64,000 bases of DNA from contig CAYJVY010000007.1 in the NCBI GenBank assembly GCA_964373795.1, forward strand, positions 21,385-85,384, in the 5' to 3' direction. Below, in pieces: positions 39,812-50,009 of this stretch; positions within the stretch are counted from its first letter, which is position 1, and each line of letters begins with the position of its first letter. The stretch comes from an uncultured archaeon. Lineage in GTDB: Archaea; Iainarchaeota; Iainarchaeia; Iainarchaeales; DATDZZ01. The notes below the pieces were generated by a model that was not told the DNA's origin, searched no databases, and saw nothing but the letters and a program-made list of their open reading frames with translations. Both the position numbers and the translations under genes were made by a program.

Positions 39812-40609
39812 TTGAAAGCAATTTTATTGGCTGCAGGTTATGCTACTAGAATGTATCCATTAACCTTGAATACTCCTAAGGCTTTGCTTAAAATTGGAGA
39901 AAAAACTATTATTGACTTCATTATTGAAAAGTTATTAGAAATAGATGTTGATGAAATCTTTATTGTTTCAAATGAAAAATTTTATCCAGAGTTTATTAAA
40001 TGGAAGGAAAACAGTAATTATTCCATTCCAATTCAGGTTTTCAATGATCAAACCAAATCAAATGATGATAAATTGGGTTCTATTGGAGACATTGATTTTG
40101 TATTAAAAAAAACAAATTTATTTGACAAATTTCTTGTAATTAATGCTGATAACTTGTTTGATTTTAGTTTAATTGAAGTATTTAATTTTTTTAAGAAAAA
40201 AAATAAATGTGTTATTGGATTATATGATGTTGGTTGGCTTGAAGAAGCAAAAAAATTGGGGGTTGTAGAAATTGATAAAAACAATAAATTAATTGGGTTT
40301 GAAGAAAAACCGGAAAACCCTTCATCTACTTTAGCTTCGACTGGAATTTATTTCTTTCCACCAAATATTGGTGAATTAATCAGGCAATATTTAGAAGAAG
40401 GAAATAACCCTGACAAGTCAGGAAAATTTATTGACTGGCTTTATCAAAGAGAGCCAGTGTATGGAATAGTTTTCAAAGGAAAATGGTTTGATATTGGTTC
40501 TTTAGAGTCTTTTGAGCAGGCAAAAAAAGAGTTTTTAAACAAGACTTCAATGTCAGAAAAAGTTGTAGTTTTAGATGACAAGGAAAAAAGCGGAAGTTTT
40601 TTTGATTAA
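39812..40609 (+). CDS. sugar-1-phosphate nucleotidyltransferase (RmlA/NTP-transferase family)
   Basis: TTG start. N-terminal KAILLAAGYATRMYPLT, matching the G-x-G-T-R-x motif family. Confidence 0.75.
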   Translation: MKAILLAAGYATRMYPLTLNTPKALLKIGEKTIIDFIIEKLLEIDVDEIFIVSNEKFYPEFIKWKENSNYSIPIQVFNDQTKSNDDKLGSIGDIDFVLKKTNLFDKFLVINADNLFDFSLIEVFNFFKKKNKCVIGLYDVGWLEEAKKLGVVEIDKNNKLIGFEEKPENPSSTLASTGIYFFPPNIGELIRQYLEEGNNPDKSGKFIDWLYQREPVYGIVFKGKWFDIGSLESFEQAKKEFLNKTSMSEKVVVLDDKEKSGSFFD

Positions 40610-40684
40610 CTTTTTGGAGAAATAAAAATGGGTTTAAAAAATTTAAAATTTTTTAAAACTTTAAAATTCCGGGAGGAATTTTAA

Positions 40685-42028
40685 ATGGAGTTTAAAGTTT
40701 TTAAAGCATACGATATTCGAGGAATTTATCCGAATGAATTAAATGAAGAAATGGCTTTCAAAATAGGTCAAGCATTTGTTCAATTCTTGAATTGCAAAAA
40801 CGTTGTAGTTGGAAGAGACATGCGTTTAAGCTCTCCTTCCTTATTTGATTCTCTTGTAAAAGGAATTACTTTTCAAGGAGCAAACGTAATTTACATTGGT
40901 TTAAGCACTACTCCTATGATGTATTTTGCTGTTGCAAAACATAGATTTGAATCAGGAATTAATATTACTGCTTCACACAATCCAAAAGAATTTAATGGAT
41001 TTAAATTAGTTCGCGAGAAAGCAATTCCTTTAAATTGGGATACTGGAATTCAAGATATTAGAAAATTAATTGAAGAAAACAAAGTTTTGCAAGGTAATAC
41101 AAAAGGAAAAATAATTAAAAAACAAAATTTAGTTCAAGAATATGTTGAACATGCATTAAATTTAATTGGCTCTGATTTGAATTTTAGTTCTTTTATAGTA
41201 GTTGTTGATACAGCTAATGCAATGGCTGGAATTGTTGCTCCACAATTTTTTTCAAAACTTAAATGTAAATTAATTCCTCTTTATTTTGATTTAAATGGAG
41301 AGTTTCCAAATCATGAAGCAAACCCATTAAAAGAAGAAACATTGCAGGACTTAAAACAAAAAGTTTTATCTGAAAAAGCTAATTTAGGAATAGCATTTGA
41401 CGGGGATGCAGATAGAGTTGTTTTTTTAGATGAAAAAGGCAATGTCCTTCAAGGAGATTTAATTACTGCATTGATTTCTGAATATTTATTGAAAAAGTTT
41501 CCTGGAGAAAAAATAATGTATGATTTAAGGTCAAGTTGGATTGTAAAAGAAACCATTGAAGCAAATGGTGGGAAACCAATTATTTATAGAGTTGGACATG
41601 CATTTATTAAGCAAAAAATGCGTGAAGAAAATGCTTTATTTGCTGGAGAGCTTTCATCCCACTTTTATTTAAGGAGTGATTTTTTTGTTGAATCTCCTTT
41701 TGTAGTAGTTGGATTTGTTTTAAGTTTAATGAAACACGAAAACAAAAAACTTTCAGAATTAATTGCACCATTACAAAAATATTTTCAGTCAGGAGAAATT
41801 AATTCAACAGTTAAAGATAAAGATGTTGTATTAAAAAAATTAGGGAAAAATTATTCTAATGCAAAAAAGATTTTTTACTTAGATGGTTTAAGCATTGAAT
41901 TCAATGATTGGTGGTTTAATGTTCGCCCTTCAAACACTGAACCTGCACTTAGATTGAATTTGGAAGCCAAAACAAAGCAATTGATGGAGCAAAAAGTTCA
42001 AGAGGTTTTAAATTTAATCAGATCCTAA
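40685..42028 (+). CDS. phosphomannomutase / phosphoglucomutase
   Basis: Active-site [14 protein letters not shown] motif and a four-domain alpha-D-phosphohexomutase layout. Confidence 0.85.
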   Translation: MEFKVFKAYDIRGIYPNELNEEMAFKIGQAFVQFLNCKNVVVGRDMRLSSPSLFDSLVKGITFQGANVIYIGLSTTPMMYFAVAKHRFESGINITASHNPKEFNGFKLVREKAIPLNWDTGIQDIRKLIEENKVLQGNTKGKIIKKQNLVQEYVEHALNLIGSDLNFSSFIVVVDTANAMAGIVAPQFFSKLKCKLIPLYFDLNGEFPNHEANPLKEETLQDLKQKVLSEKANLGIAFDGDADRVVFLDEKGNVLQGDLITALISEYLLKKFPGEKIMYDLRSSWIVKETIEANGGKPIIYRVGHAFIKQKMREENALFAGELSSHFYLRSDFFVESPFVVVGFVLSLMKHENKKLSELIAPLQKYFQSGEINSTVKDKDVVLKKLGKNYSNAKKIFYLDGLSIEFNDWWFNVRPSNTEPALRLNLEAKTKQLMEQKVQEVLNLIRS

Positions 42029-42042
42029 GAAAGGTATTTTTT

Positions 42043-42972
42043 ATGAAAACAATTTTAGTTACAGGCGGAGCAGGATTTATTGGAAGCCATTTATGTGAAG
42101 CATTGCTTTCGCAGGGCCACAAAGTAATTTGTGTTGACAACTTTATTACTGGTTCAAAAAAAAATATAAATCACTTGTTTTCAAATAAAAATTTTTCCTT
42201 AATTGAACAAGATATTTGCAAGCCACTTGAATTAAAGGAAAAAGTTCATGAAATTTATAATTTGGCTTCAATTGCTTCTCCAAAATTTTATTATAAGTAT
42301 CCCATTGAAACTCTACTGGTTGGCTCTGTTGGGGTAAAAAACATGTTGGATTTGGCTTTAAAAAACAATGCAAAGTTTTTGCATTCCTCTACTTCAGAGA
42401 TTTATGGTGATCCTTTACAGCATCCACAAACTGAAAGTTATTGGGGAAATGTTAATCCAATTGGTGAAAGATCTTGTTATGATGAATCAAAAAGATTTGC
42501 AGAAACATTAATAATGACTTATCATAGAAAACATTGTTTGAGTTCAAGAATTGTTCGCATTTTCAACACATATGGCCCTAAAATGAGTGAAGGAGATGGA
42601 AGAGTTATTCCAAACTTTATTTCTCAAGCTTTAAGCAATAAACCTTTAACTGTTTATGGTGATGGCTCTCAAACTCGAAGTTTTTGCTATATAGATGACT
42701 TAGTTGAAGGCCTTGTTAAAGCAATGAATTCTGAATATAATTTGCCAATTAATTTAGGCAATCCAAATGAGACAACTATTCTTGAACTAGCAAAAAAAAT
42801 AATTAAGTTAACTGATTCTAAATCTAAAATTAATTTTCTGCCTTTACCTAAAGACGATCCAGCGAAACGCAAACCCGATACTTCTTTAGCAAAAAAAGAA
42901 TTAAATTGGCAACCAAAAATTTCTTTAGAAGAAGGTCTTAAAAGATTGTCACATCAAATATCATCTACTTAG
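42043..42972 (+). CDS. uxs: UDP-glucuronate decarboxylase (UDP-xylose synthase)
   Basis: [19 protein letters not shown]…[15 protein letters not shown] and YDESKRFAE, the classic UXS pattern. Ends with TAG. Confidence 0.85.
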   Translation: MKTILVTGGAGFIGSHLCEALLSQGHKVICVDNFITGSKKNINHLFSNKNFSLIEQDICKPLELKEKVHEIYNLASIASPKFYYKYPIETLLVGSVGVKNMLDLALKNNAKFLHSSTSEIYGDPLQHPQTESYWGNVNPIGERSCYDESKRFAETLIMTYHRKHCLSSRIVRIFNTYGPKMSEGDGRVIPNFISQALSNKPLTVYGDGSQTRSFCYIDDLVEGLVKAMNSEYNLPINLGNPNETTILELAKKIIKLTDSKSKINFLPLPKDDPAKRKPDTSLAKKELNWQPKISLEEGLKRLSHQISST

Positions 42973-42977
42973 AAGGT

Positions 42978-43683
42978 ATGTTAGTGAAAGAAAAACCTTT
43001 TGCAGTTATTATTCCAACCTATAATGAAGCAAATAATGTTGGTAAATTGATTTCTTTAATTTTTCAACAAAAAATAAACGTTAGATTAATTGTAGTGGAT
43101 GATGATTCTCCTGATTTAACTTGGAAAATTGTAAGAAAATTGAATGATAGAAAAATAAAAGTTGTGAGAAGAATTAATGAAAAAGGAGTCGGCAGAGCAA
43201 TTTTAGACGGAATTAAAAAATCTAAGGGAGGGTTAATTCTTTGGATGGATTGTGATTTTGGCATGCGTTCTAAATATATTCCAAAGATGCTGAAAGAAAT
43301 AAAATATTAGGATATTGTAGTTGGTTCCAGATATGTTAAAGGTGGAATGGATAATAGAGATTTTATTAGAAAATTATCTAGTTATATAATAAATTTTTTA
43401 GCAAACATTGTTTTGGAACTTATGGTTTTAGATTATACCACTGGTTTTGTTTTAGCAAAAAAACAGGTTTTTAAAAATGTTTCTTTTGATTCGGCTGGAC
43501 ATGGAGAATATTGTATTGAATTTTTATACAAAGCAAAAAAACAAGGTTTTAAGTTGAAAGAAATTCTTTATGATTAATGAAAGAAGGGTAGGACAGTCCA
43601 AAACAACTAGATATATTTTTTCAATATTTCTACATACATTCAATTATATCAAAAGAATCATCAAAATAAGATTTAACCTTTAA
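42978..43683 (+). pseudogene. disrupted GT2 polyprenyl-phosphate glycosyltransferase (DPM1-like)
   Basis: FAVIIPTYNE…VVDDDSPD…ILWMDCDF, then an in-frame TAG at 43308-43310 directly before the conserved DIVVGSRY. The gene continues to …KEILYD, then the conserved ERRVGQSK block is in the +1 frame (43579 onward), with a stop at 43681. Confidence 0.55.
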
Positions 43684-43710
43684 TGGCGTTTAAAATCTTT
43701 ATACTGGAGG

Positions 43711-44363
43711 TTAGTGGGAAATATATCCCACAGCAATTGCATTGGCACAAGAATATGGCGCAGAATATTTTAAATTTTGAATATCCTCCAGTGTAACTTC
43801 TTTCCAAATGTTCCAATGGGAAATTCTTTTTAAGTAATATTGTGAGGTGAATCCAATTCTTTTATTCTTAATAGCGACATCAAGATTTGGGTTATATCCA
43901 AGTGGAATTGTTACAAAAATTTTTCCACGCTTTTTTAAATGTTTTTTTAACTTTTTTATTGCTCTAAAAATTTTTTTTGGTTCTTTTGGAGTTTCATCAA
44001 ATCCAATATGTTCTAAAGTGGAAACACTAATTATTAAATCATATTTTTTTTAGGCTTGAAATTAACTATGTCTTCGTTAATTACTCCTTCAGCTTTTTCA
44101 TATTTATCAACAATGTCATGTTTAAATGGAAAATATTGTGATAAAACATTACCAACTTCTAAAATATTGCCTTTTTGGCAAGAATGAATCTCACTTAATG
44201 CAAGTGGGATTTCTACAGCTCTTTCATTTCTCCACACCATATTAAGCCAATTACAACAGTACTTATATTTTTTATTCCTAAAAATAAAACTAGGGCCAAT
44301 GATTTTATATAAGAAAAAAAAAGATCTAAGAATTAAATATTTAATATTTAAAAATAATGTCAT
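43711..44363 (-). pseudogene. frameshifted class I SAM-dependent methyltransferase-like gene
   Basis: The upstream ORF (44034..44363) ends …FKPKKNMI*. The downstream frame (…LIISVSTLEHIGFDE…) joins it if the A8 tract (T8 at 44044-44051 on the plus strand) were A9. Confidence 0.45.
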
Positions 44364-44640
44364 ACTTTTAATTAGATTATTAAATATTTAAAAATGTAGT
44401 CACGATTTCTTGTAAAAAAGTGTTTCCTATTTGTAAACAATAGATATGTTTCTTTAGAAGAAGGATTAAAGAAGTTAATTAAAGAAAGAAATTTTTGATG
44501 ACCGTCTTACTGAAGATTGTATGTGAAGCAATTACAGAGAATATAGTAAAAAATGGGATTTAATCGAAAACTGGTTCATTTCGTTATTACTTAAATTTAA
44601 AATACTTTCAAAGAAATAATCATTCTATTAAGTGGTTTGA

Positions 44641-45063
44641 ATGAAAGAACAAATTAAAGATTTGAAAGTTTTTTTGGATGATCGCGGAAGTTTGTTTGAA
44701 GCTTTAAGAGTTGATGATAAAATTTTTGACACTGAATTTGCCCAATTAACTGTTGCAACTGTTTTTCCTGGAGTTGTAAAAGCATGGCATAGGCATCAAA
44801 AACAAACCGATTTTATGGTTTGTGTGAAAGGAAACATTAAATTATGCTTAACTGAGAATGGTAAAGACATTAGAACATATTTTTTAGGAGAAAAAAATCC
44901 AATTTTAATTAAGATTCCAAAAAAACTTTGGCACGGATATATTTGTATTGGAGATCAATCAGCAATAGTTCTTTATGTAACAAATCAAACATATAATAAA
45001 GAAGATGAAGAAAGATTAGATTGGCAAGCATTTGGAGATGTTTGGGCTATTAAAAACAAATGA
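44641..45063 (+). CDS. RmlC-like cupin (dTDP-4-keto-6-deoxyhexose 3,4-ketoisomerase / 3,5-epimerase family, FdtA/WxcM-like)
   Basis: 140 aa. FLDDRGSLFE…AWHRHQKQTDFMVCVKGNI…, a small double-stranded beta-helix typical of sugar ketoisomerases. Confidence 0.55.
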   Translation: MKEQIKDLKVFLDDRGSLFEALRVDDKIFDTEFAQLTVATVFPGVVKAWHRHQKQTDFMVCVKGNIKLCLTENGKDIRTYFLGEKNPILIKIPKKLWHGYICIGDQSAIVLYVTNQTYNKEDEERLDWQAFGDVWAIKNK

Positions 45064-45075
45064 GGTTAATTTTTG

Positions 45076-46872
45076 ATGGACTTTAAAAAATTAGAAACCT
45101 TTCTTCTTTTAAAAAAAAACACTTTTTTACTATTTTTTATAATTTTACTTTATTTATTTTTATTTTTAAATCATTTTTCGACTTTATTTTTTGATGATTT
45201 AGGTTTTGATTTTGCAGGTTATGCACAAAGATATCATTTTGCTTTTCGCGGTTGGGTTCATGAGCTATTAAATGGGGTTCCAGCTTCAACTTTCGATCCT
45301 TTTTTGCCTGCTTTACTGCCACTATTTATCAAATCTTTTGGATTTGGTTCCTTTACTTTGCCTATTTCAATTAGCTTACTTTTAGTGAAATTATTAATTC
45401 CATTAATTTTTGGTTTTATTGCTTTAAAGCTTGGGAAAAACAAGTTTTTTGGAGTTTTGCTTGGATTAATTTTTGTTTTAAATCCAATTACATTTAATTT
45501 TTTAAATAGATATTATGAATTGGTTTCATGGATGTTTTTTATTTTAGCATTTTACTTTATTTATGTTTTTTTGGAATCAAAGGAATTCAATAAAAAATAT
45601 TTCATTTTGTCAATTCTTTTTACAACTTTATCTTCTTTAAGTCATTTAAGTTCACTTTTTTTTCTTTTAAGTTCATCAATTTTTTTAATTACTTCTTTAA
45701 AGGACTTAAAAAAAGTTTTAAGTATTTACATTTTTTCTTTTCTTATTGGAGCGTTTTGGTTTATCCCATTTTTATCTTACATAAATTTCTCTGTTTTAAT
45801 TAATTTAACTGGAAGTAAATTGAAAACCTTTGGAATAATTTCTTCAAGCGTTTTCCTTATAATTATTTTATTTATTTTATTGTTTTGGCTTAATACTGTA
45901 AAAGGCAAAACATCTAGATTAAGAAATTTTGTTTTAGGTATTTTAGTTTTATCTTTGGCTCAATTTTTTTTCAGTGAGTTTTCACTAATTAACAAACCAT
46001 TTATTCACAGTTACCATGTTTTTTACATTTTTGCAATTATTTTTGTTTTACTTAATTATTTTAATTTAAGTCTTTTAACTAAAAAAAATATTGCAGTTTT
46101 TGTAATTCTTTTTTTTGTTCCAACAATCTTTTTGTGGCCAAAGATTTCCGAACAATACTTTCAACTTCAACCAAGATTAAGCAATTATTCTATTTATAAT
46201 GAAAAAATCGATTTTAGTGAAATTGATTTAATTCTTCAAAGAATTCCAAAAAATGTCAGGTATGAATCTTTTCCTTATGATCCAATTATTTCATCTTATT
46301 CTTCCACTAAATATGGTTTGATGAATTTGTTTGGATGGGGTTACAATGCATATCATATAAAAAATAGCTATAAAGCTCCTGAAGAACTGTTAGATCCTAT
46401 AAAAACAACCTGTGAAGACCTGCAAAAATACGTTAAATTCAATGCATTAAAATATTTAATTGTTTTAAATAATTCTGCTTTTAATAAGTCAGTTGAATGT
46501 GGATTTAAAGAAATTCACAAAGATGGAAAGGTTTTACTTGTTGAGTGGCCAGAAGAAGTTAGTTTAATTGAAAATGGAGAATTATTAGAGTTAAAAGAAA
46601 ATTTCATTAAATTTGAAGCTAATCCTCCTTTAACTAAAATGAAAATGAGTTTTTTTCCTCGTTGGAACGCTTATATTGAAGGAAAAAAATTAGAAATAAA
46701 AAATGCAAATCCTGGAATGCAAATGGAAATTTATTCATCTTCAATTGTTGAATTAAGATATGAAAAAACTTTGATTGATTTGATTGGGGTTACATTGTCA
46801 ATAATTTCTTTGCTTGGGTTAATTTTTTATTGGTTTTTTGGACTGCCTAAAATTGAAAGACTAATGCAGTAA
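45076..46872 (+). CDS. large polytopic membrane protein, GT-C-like (candidate glycosyltransferase/oligosaccharyltransferase)
   Basis: About 598 aa. At least 11 transmembrane helices, then a ~230-aa soluble C-terminal domain; a DD-containing first loop (FFDDLGFDF). No canonical WWDYG motif. Confidence 0.4.
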   Translation: MDFKKLETFLLLKKNTFLLFFIILLYLFLFLNHFSTLFFDDLGFDFAGYAQRYHFAFRGWVHELLNGVPASTFDPFLPALLPLFIKSFGFGSFTLPISISLLLVKLLIPLIFGFIALKLGKNKFFGVLLGLIFVLNPITFNFLNRYYELVSWMFFILAFYFIYVFLESKEFNKKYFILSILFTTLSSLSHLSSLFFLLSSSIFLITSLKDLKKVLSIYIFSFLIGAFWFIPFLSYINFSVLINLTGSKLKTFGIISSSVFLIIILFILLFWLNTVKGKTSRLRNFVLGILVLSLAQFFFSEFSLINKPFIHSYHVFYIFAIIFVLLNYFNLSLLTKKNIAVFVILFFVPTIFLWPKISEQYFQLQPRLSNYSIYNEKIDFSEIDLILQRIPKNVRYESFPYDPIISSYSSTKYGLMNLFGWGYNAYHIKNSYKAPEELLDPIKTTCEDLQKYVKFNALKYLIVLNNSAFNKSVECGFKEIHKDGKVLLVEWPEEVSLIENGELLELKENFIKFEANPPLTKMKMSFFPRWNAYIEGKKLEIKNANPGMQMEIYSSSIVELRYEKTLIDLIGVTLSIISLLGLIFYWFFGLPKIERLMQ

Positions 46873-47793
46873 AATTAATGCCCACATTTCAAAACCTGTT
46901 TTCAAGCCTTTAATTATGTCACTTCCAACTCCTTTGCTTTCTCCAATTCTTTTCTTGAAAGTGATTGGAATTTCAATTACTCGTAAATCGTTTTTTAATG
47001 CAATTAAAATCATGTGAGGAGAAAAAGAATTTCCAGTTACAGTTAATTGATTAATTATTTTGTCTAATGCTTCAGGGCGAATAACTCTAAAAGTTGTTCC
47101 AACATCTGTTAATCTTAATTTATCCCAATAACGTAGTTGAATTAATTTTGACAAAAATAGGTTTCCATATCTAATGAATGGAGTTACTTGTGAATCAGAG
47201 TTAACTAATTCTTCAGTTGTTCGAGTTCCAACAACTATGTCAACATTTTCAATGTATGCAACCAATTTTTTCAAGTCAGCTGAAGAGTAAGTGCAGTCTC
47301 CTTCAACCAAGCAAATTAAGTTTCCATATTTTCTTGCTTCTTTTAATGCTCTAATGCATGCAGCACCATATCCTTGGGTTGACTCTTTTACTACTATTGC
47401 TCCTGCTTTTTTTGCTTCTAAAGCAGTATTATCAATGCAGTTATTGTCTATTACAATTATCTTTTCCACTTCTTTTAATTGTTTAAAGTCTTTAACTGCT
47501 CTTCCAATAGCTTTTTCATCATTGTATGCAGTCATTCCTATAGAAATTTGTGGGTTTTTAATTGGTTCAAACTTAAATTTTTTTTTATGTGGAAAAAAGA
47601 TTGTGGGAATAAATAAATCCACAAAGACAGCAATAAATGCAATGAATGCGAAAATATTTGCAGCAAAAATTAAGTTGTTTGTTAAAGGAAAATTAACTTT
47701 TAATAAAGTTAAAACAAATGCTAAAAAATATAATATATAAAAAAATATTCCGGCTAAAAAAAAGTGGAAACCATATAAAAGAATTCTTCCCAT
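46861..47793 (-). CDS. glycosyltransferase family 2 (polyprenyl-phosphate sugar transferase-like) with N-terminal TM helices
   Basis: ISIGMTAYNDEKAI, VIDNNCIDNT and EGDCTYS (DxD-like) motifs. Two N-terminal helices. Confidence 0.7.
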   Translation of the reverse strand: MGRILLYGFHFFLAGIFFYILYFLAFVLTLLKVNFPLTNNLIFAANIFAFIAFIAVFVDLFIPTIFFPHKKKFKFEPIKNPQISIGMTAYNDEKAIGRAVKDFKQLKEVEKIIVIDNNCIDNTALEAKKAGAIVVKESTQGYGAACIRALKEARKYGNLICLVEGDCTYSSADLKKLVAYIENVDIVVGTRTTEELVNSDSQVTPFIRYGNLFLSKLIQLRYWDKLRLTDVGTTFRVIRPEALDKIINQLTVTGNSFSPHMILIALKNDLRVIEIPITFKKRIGESKGVGSDIIKGLKTGFEMWALILLH

Positions 47794-47904
47794 GCAAAAC
47801 TTAGCTTGACAAACTTTTTTAAAGATATTTATGTTTCACGAAGAAATAAAAATATTTTCAATCAATTAATCTAATACTTGCTTTTAAATTAATTTAGTGA
47901 TTTT

Positions 47905-48789
47905 TTGTCGAAGAAAATTTTAATTCTTGGAGAAGGTTTTTTAGGAACAAAACTTAATTCTAAATTAATTGAAGCAGGTTTTAATTCACTTGCAGTAAGT
48001 CCTTCTCATTTGAAATATAAAGTTGATATAACTATTCCAACTCAATTAAAAACAATATTCAATTCATTTAAGCCAGACATAGTAGTTCTAGTTGCAGCAA
48101 TAACTGATGTTGATTTTTGTGAAAAAAATAAAGATTTAGCTTCAAAAATTAATATTGAAGGAGTCAAAAATGTTGTTGAGGCATGTAAATCTCTTGGTTG
48201 TAAATTGATTTTTATTTCAACAGATTCTGTTTTTGATGGTAAAAAAGGCAATTACTTTGAATCAGACCAAGTGAATCCAATTAACCATTATAGTTTGACT
48301 AAGGTTGAAGGAGAAAAACTTGTTTCAACTCTTAGTGATTATCTTATTTTGAGGGTAGCGGCTCTCTATGGTTTTAATCATTTAGTTAATAGAAAAACTT
48401 TTGTTAACTGGATTATTGATTCATTAAAAAATGGTAAAAAAATTGACATAGTTACTGATCAAATGATGTGTCCAACTTTAATTGACGATATTGGTAATGC
48501 AATAATTTCATTAGTGAATCAAAATGAAAAAGGTTTATTTCATTGCTCTGGAAGTGAAGCAGTTTCAAAATACGATTTTGCTCAAAAAATTGCTAAAGTT
48601 TTTGATTTAGATTCATCTCTTATTCAAGAAACGACTTCTGCAATATTAAAACAAACTGCTTTAAGACCTCATAATATTTCTTTAAATATTTCAAAGCTTG
48701 AAAGCAAGGGAATTAAAATGCATGGTTGTTTGCAGGGATTAAAAATTATGAAAAAACAAATGAATGAATTAATTGAATTGAATAAATAA
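47905..48789 (+). CDS. RmlD-like NAD(P)-dependent sugar reductase (dTDP-4-dehydrorhamnose reductase family)
   Basis: TTG start. ILILGEGFLGTKL and FISTDSVFDGKKGNYFESDQVNPINHYSLTKVEGEK. Confidence 0.65.
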   Translation: MSKKILILGEGFLGTKLNSKLIEAGFNSLAVSPSHLKYKVDITIPTQLKTIFNSFKPDIVVLVAAITDVDFCEKNKDLASKINIEGVKNVVEACKSLGCKLIFISTDSVFDGKKGNYFESDQVNPINHYSLTKVEGEKLVSTLSDYLILRVAALYGFNHLVNRKTFVNWIIDSLKNGKKIDIVTDQMMCPTLIDDIGNAIISLVNQNEKGLFHCSGSEAVSKYDFAQKIAKVFDLDSSLIQETTSAILKQTALRPHNISLNISKLESKGIKMHGCLQGLKIMKKQMNELIELNK

Positions 48790-48792
48790 TTC

Positions 48793-50007
48793 TTAAACTA
48801 TTTCTGGAAAAGGAATTGGAATAATAAATTTTCCTTTAAATCCTTTTTCTTTGAGTTTTGGAATAATTATATGTTTAATATTCCAAGCCAAAAGTAAAGC
48901 ATATTCAGGTTGGTCTTCAAATAACTGTTTTTCGTCTATTACTTTAATATGCATTCCAGGACTATATTTTCCTATTTTTAATTCATTTCTTTCACAAAGA
49001 TAATCTAAAATAAATGGCCCTATTTTGCAAAAATTTAGTAAAGTATTTCCTTTTGCTGGAGCGCCTATTCCTACAATTTTTTTGCCTTTTGATTTTAAAT
49101 CATTTACTATGTCTAACAATTTTTGTCTGTTTTCTACAACTTTTTGCCCAAATTTTGTAAAAGTTTCTTTTGTATACAATCCTGCTTTTTCCTCTTCCAT
49201 TAATGTTTTTGAAACATTTTCAATTATTTTGTATGCATTTTTTTTGCAAGCATATACTCTTAGCGAACCTCCATGAGTATCAACTCTTTTAACGTCAAAA
49301 ACATCCAAGCCATATTTATTGAACAAATAAATTAATGGTTTTAATGAATAATACCTTAAATGTTCTGCATAAATTGAGTCGTATTCCATTTCATGAATTA
49401 AATCCAATAAATAATGGGATTCTTCAATGAATACTCCGTCATTTGTTAATAGTAATTTTATTCCTTTCATTAAAGAATCTAGTTCTCTTACATGAGCGAA
49501 AACATTTGTTGCAGTTATAATTTTTGCTTTACCATTTTCTTTTAAAATTTTTTTTGCAGTTTCTTCATTAAAAAATTCAGGTAAAGTTGGAATTCCTTTT
49601 TTTACAGCTATTTTTGCTGCTTCGGATGGATCAACTCCTAATATTTTTATTTTATCAGGTAAATAAGCTTCTAATAGGGTTCCATCGTTTGAACCAATAT
49701 CTATAACAAAGTCTTTTGATGAAAGATTAAATCTTGGAATTGCTTCTTTAACTAGTGCATGAAAATTGTCTTTTAAGTTTTTGTTTTCTCCAGTAAGATA
49801 TACAAAGCTATCAGTGAATAGAATTTTTGGGTCAACTGCATAACCTGTTTGAACTAGTTTACATTTTTCACAAAAAAACAAGTCTAATGGATAATGTGTT
49901 TCAGGTTTTATTAATTCTTCTTTGCTTAAAAATTTATCACTTGGAGGTTGATGCCCTAAAGATAGTACTTTAATTAAGTTTTCGTTTTCACAAACTTGGC
50001 ATTTCAT
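48793..50007 (-). CDS. NDP-hexose C-methyltransferase (TylCIII/NovU-like; Zn-ribbon + class I MTase + C-MT C-terminal domain)
   Basis: CQVCENEN…CEKCKLVQ zinc ribbon, a SAM-binding VIDIGSNDG, and the C-terminal domain FKGKFIIPIPFPEIV. Confidence 0.75.
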   Translation of the reverse strand: MKCQVCENENLIKVLSLGHQPPSDKFLSKEELIKPETHYPLDLFFCEKCKLVQTGYAVDPKILFTDSFVYLTGENKNLKDNFHALVKEAIPRFNLSSKDFVIDIGSNDGTLLEAYLPDKIKILGVDPSEAAKIAVKKGIPTLPEFFNEETAKKILKENGKAKIITATNVFAHVRELDSLMKGIKLLLTNDGVFIEESHYLLDLIHEMEYDSIYAEHLRYYSLKPLIYLFNKYGLDVFDVKRVDTHGGSLRVYACKKNAYKIIENVSKTLMEEEKAGLYTKETFTKFGQKVVENRQKLLDIVNDLKSKGKKIVGIGAPAKGNTLLNFCKIGPFILDYLCERNELKIGKYSPGMHIKVIDEKQLFEDQPEYALLLAWNIKHIIIPKLKEKGFKGKFIIPIPFPEIV

Positions 50008-50009
50008 TT

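Noticed and set aside
42061-42085. Recurrent identical 17-27-nt string GGAGCAGGATTTATTGG(AAGCCATTTA) at the Rossmann motif of at least 5 SDR genes, as a possible dispersed repeat
   Set aside because: It encodes GAGFIG(SHL). With the strong AT-biased codon preference, identical codon choices are expected. Only the longer (>100 bp) identities are treated as true repeats.
43308-43310. Possible amber (TAG) reassignment or programmed readthrough in the GT2 gene
   Set aside because: TAG is used as an ordinary stop elsewhere (uxs at 42970-42972). The same gene also has a +1 frameshift, so pseudogenisation or sequencing error is more parsimonious.
45076-46872. Calling the 598-aa membrane protein AglB (archaeal oligosaccharyltransferase)
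   Set aside because: There is no WWDYG motif and the protein is short for an AglB, so I kept it as GT-C-like only.
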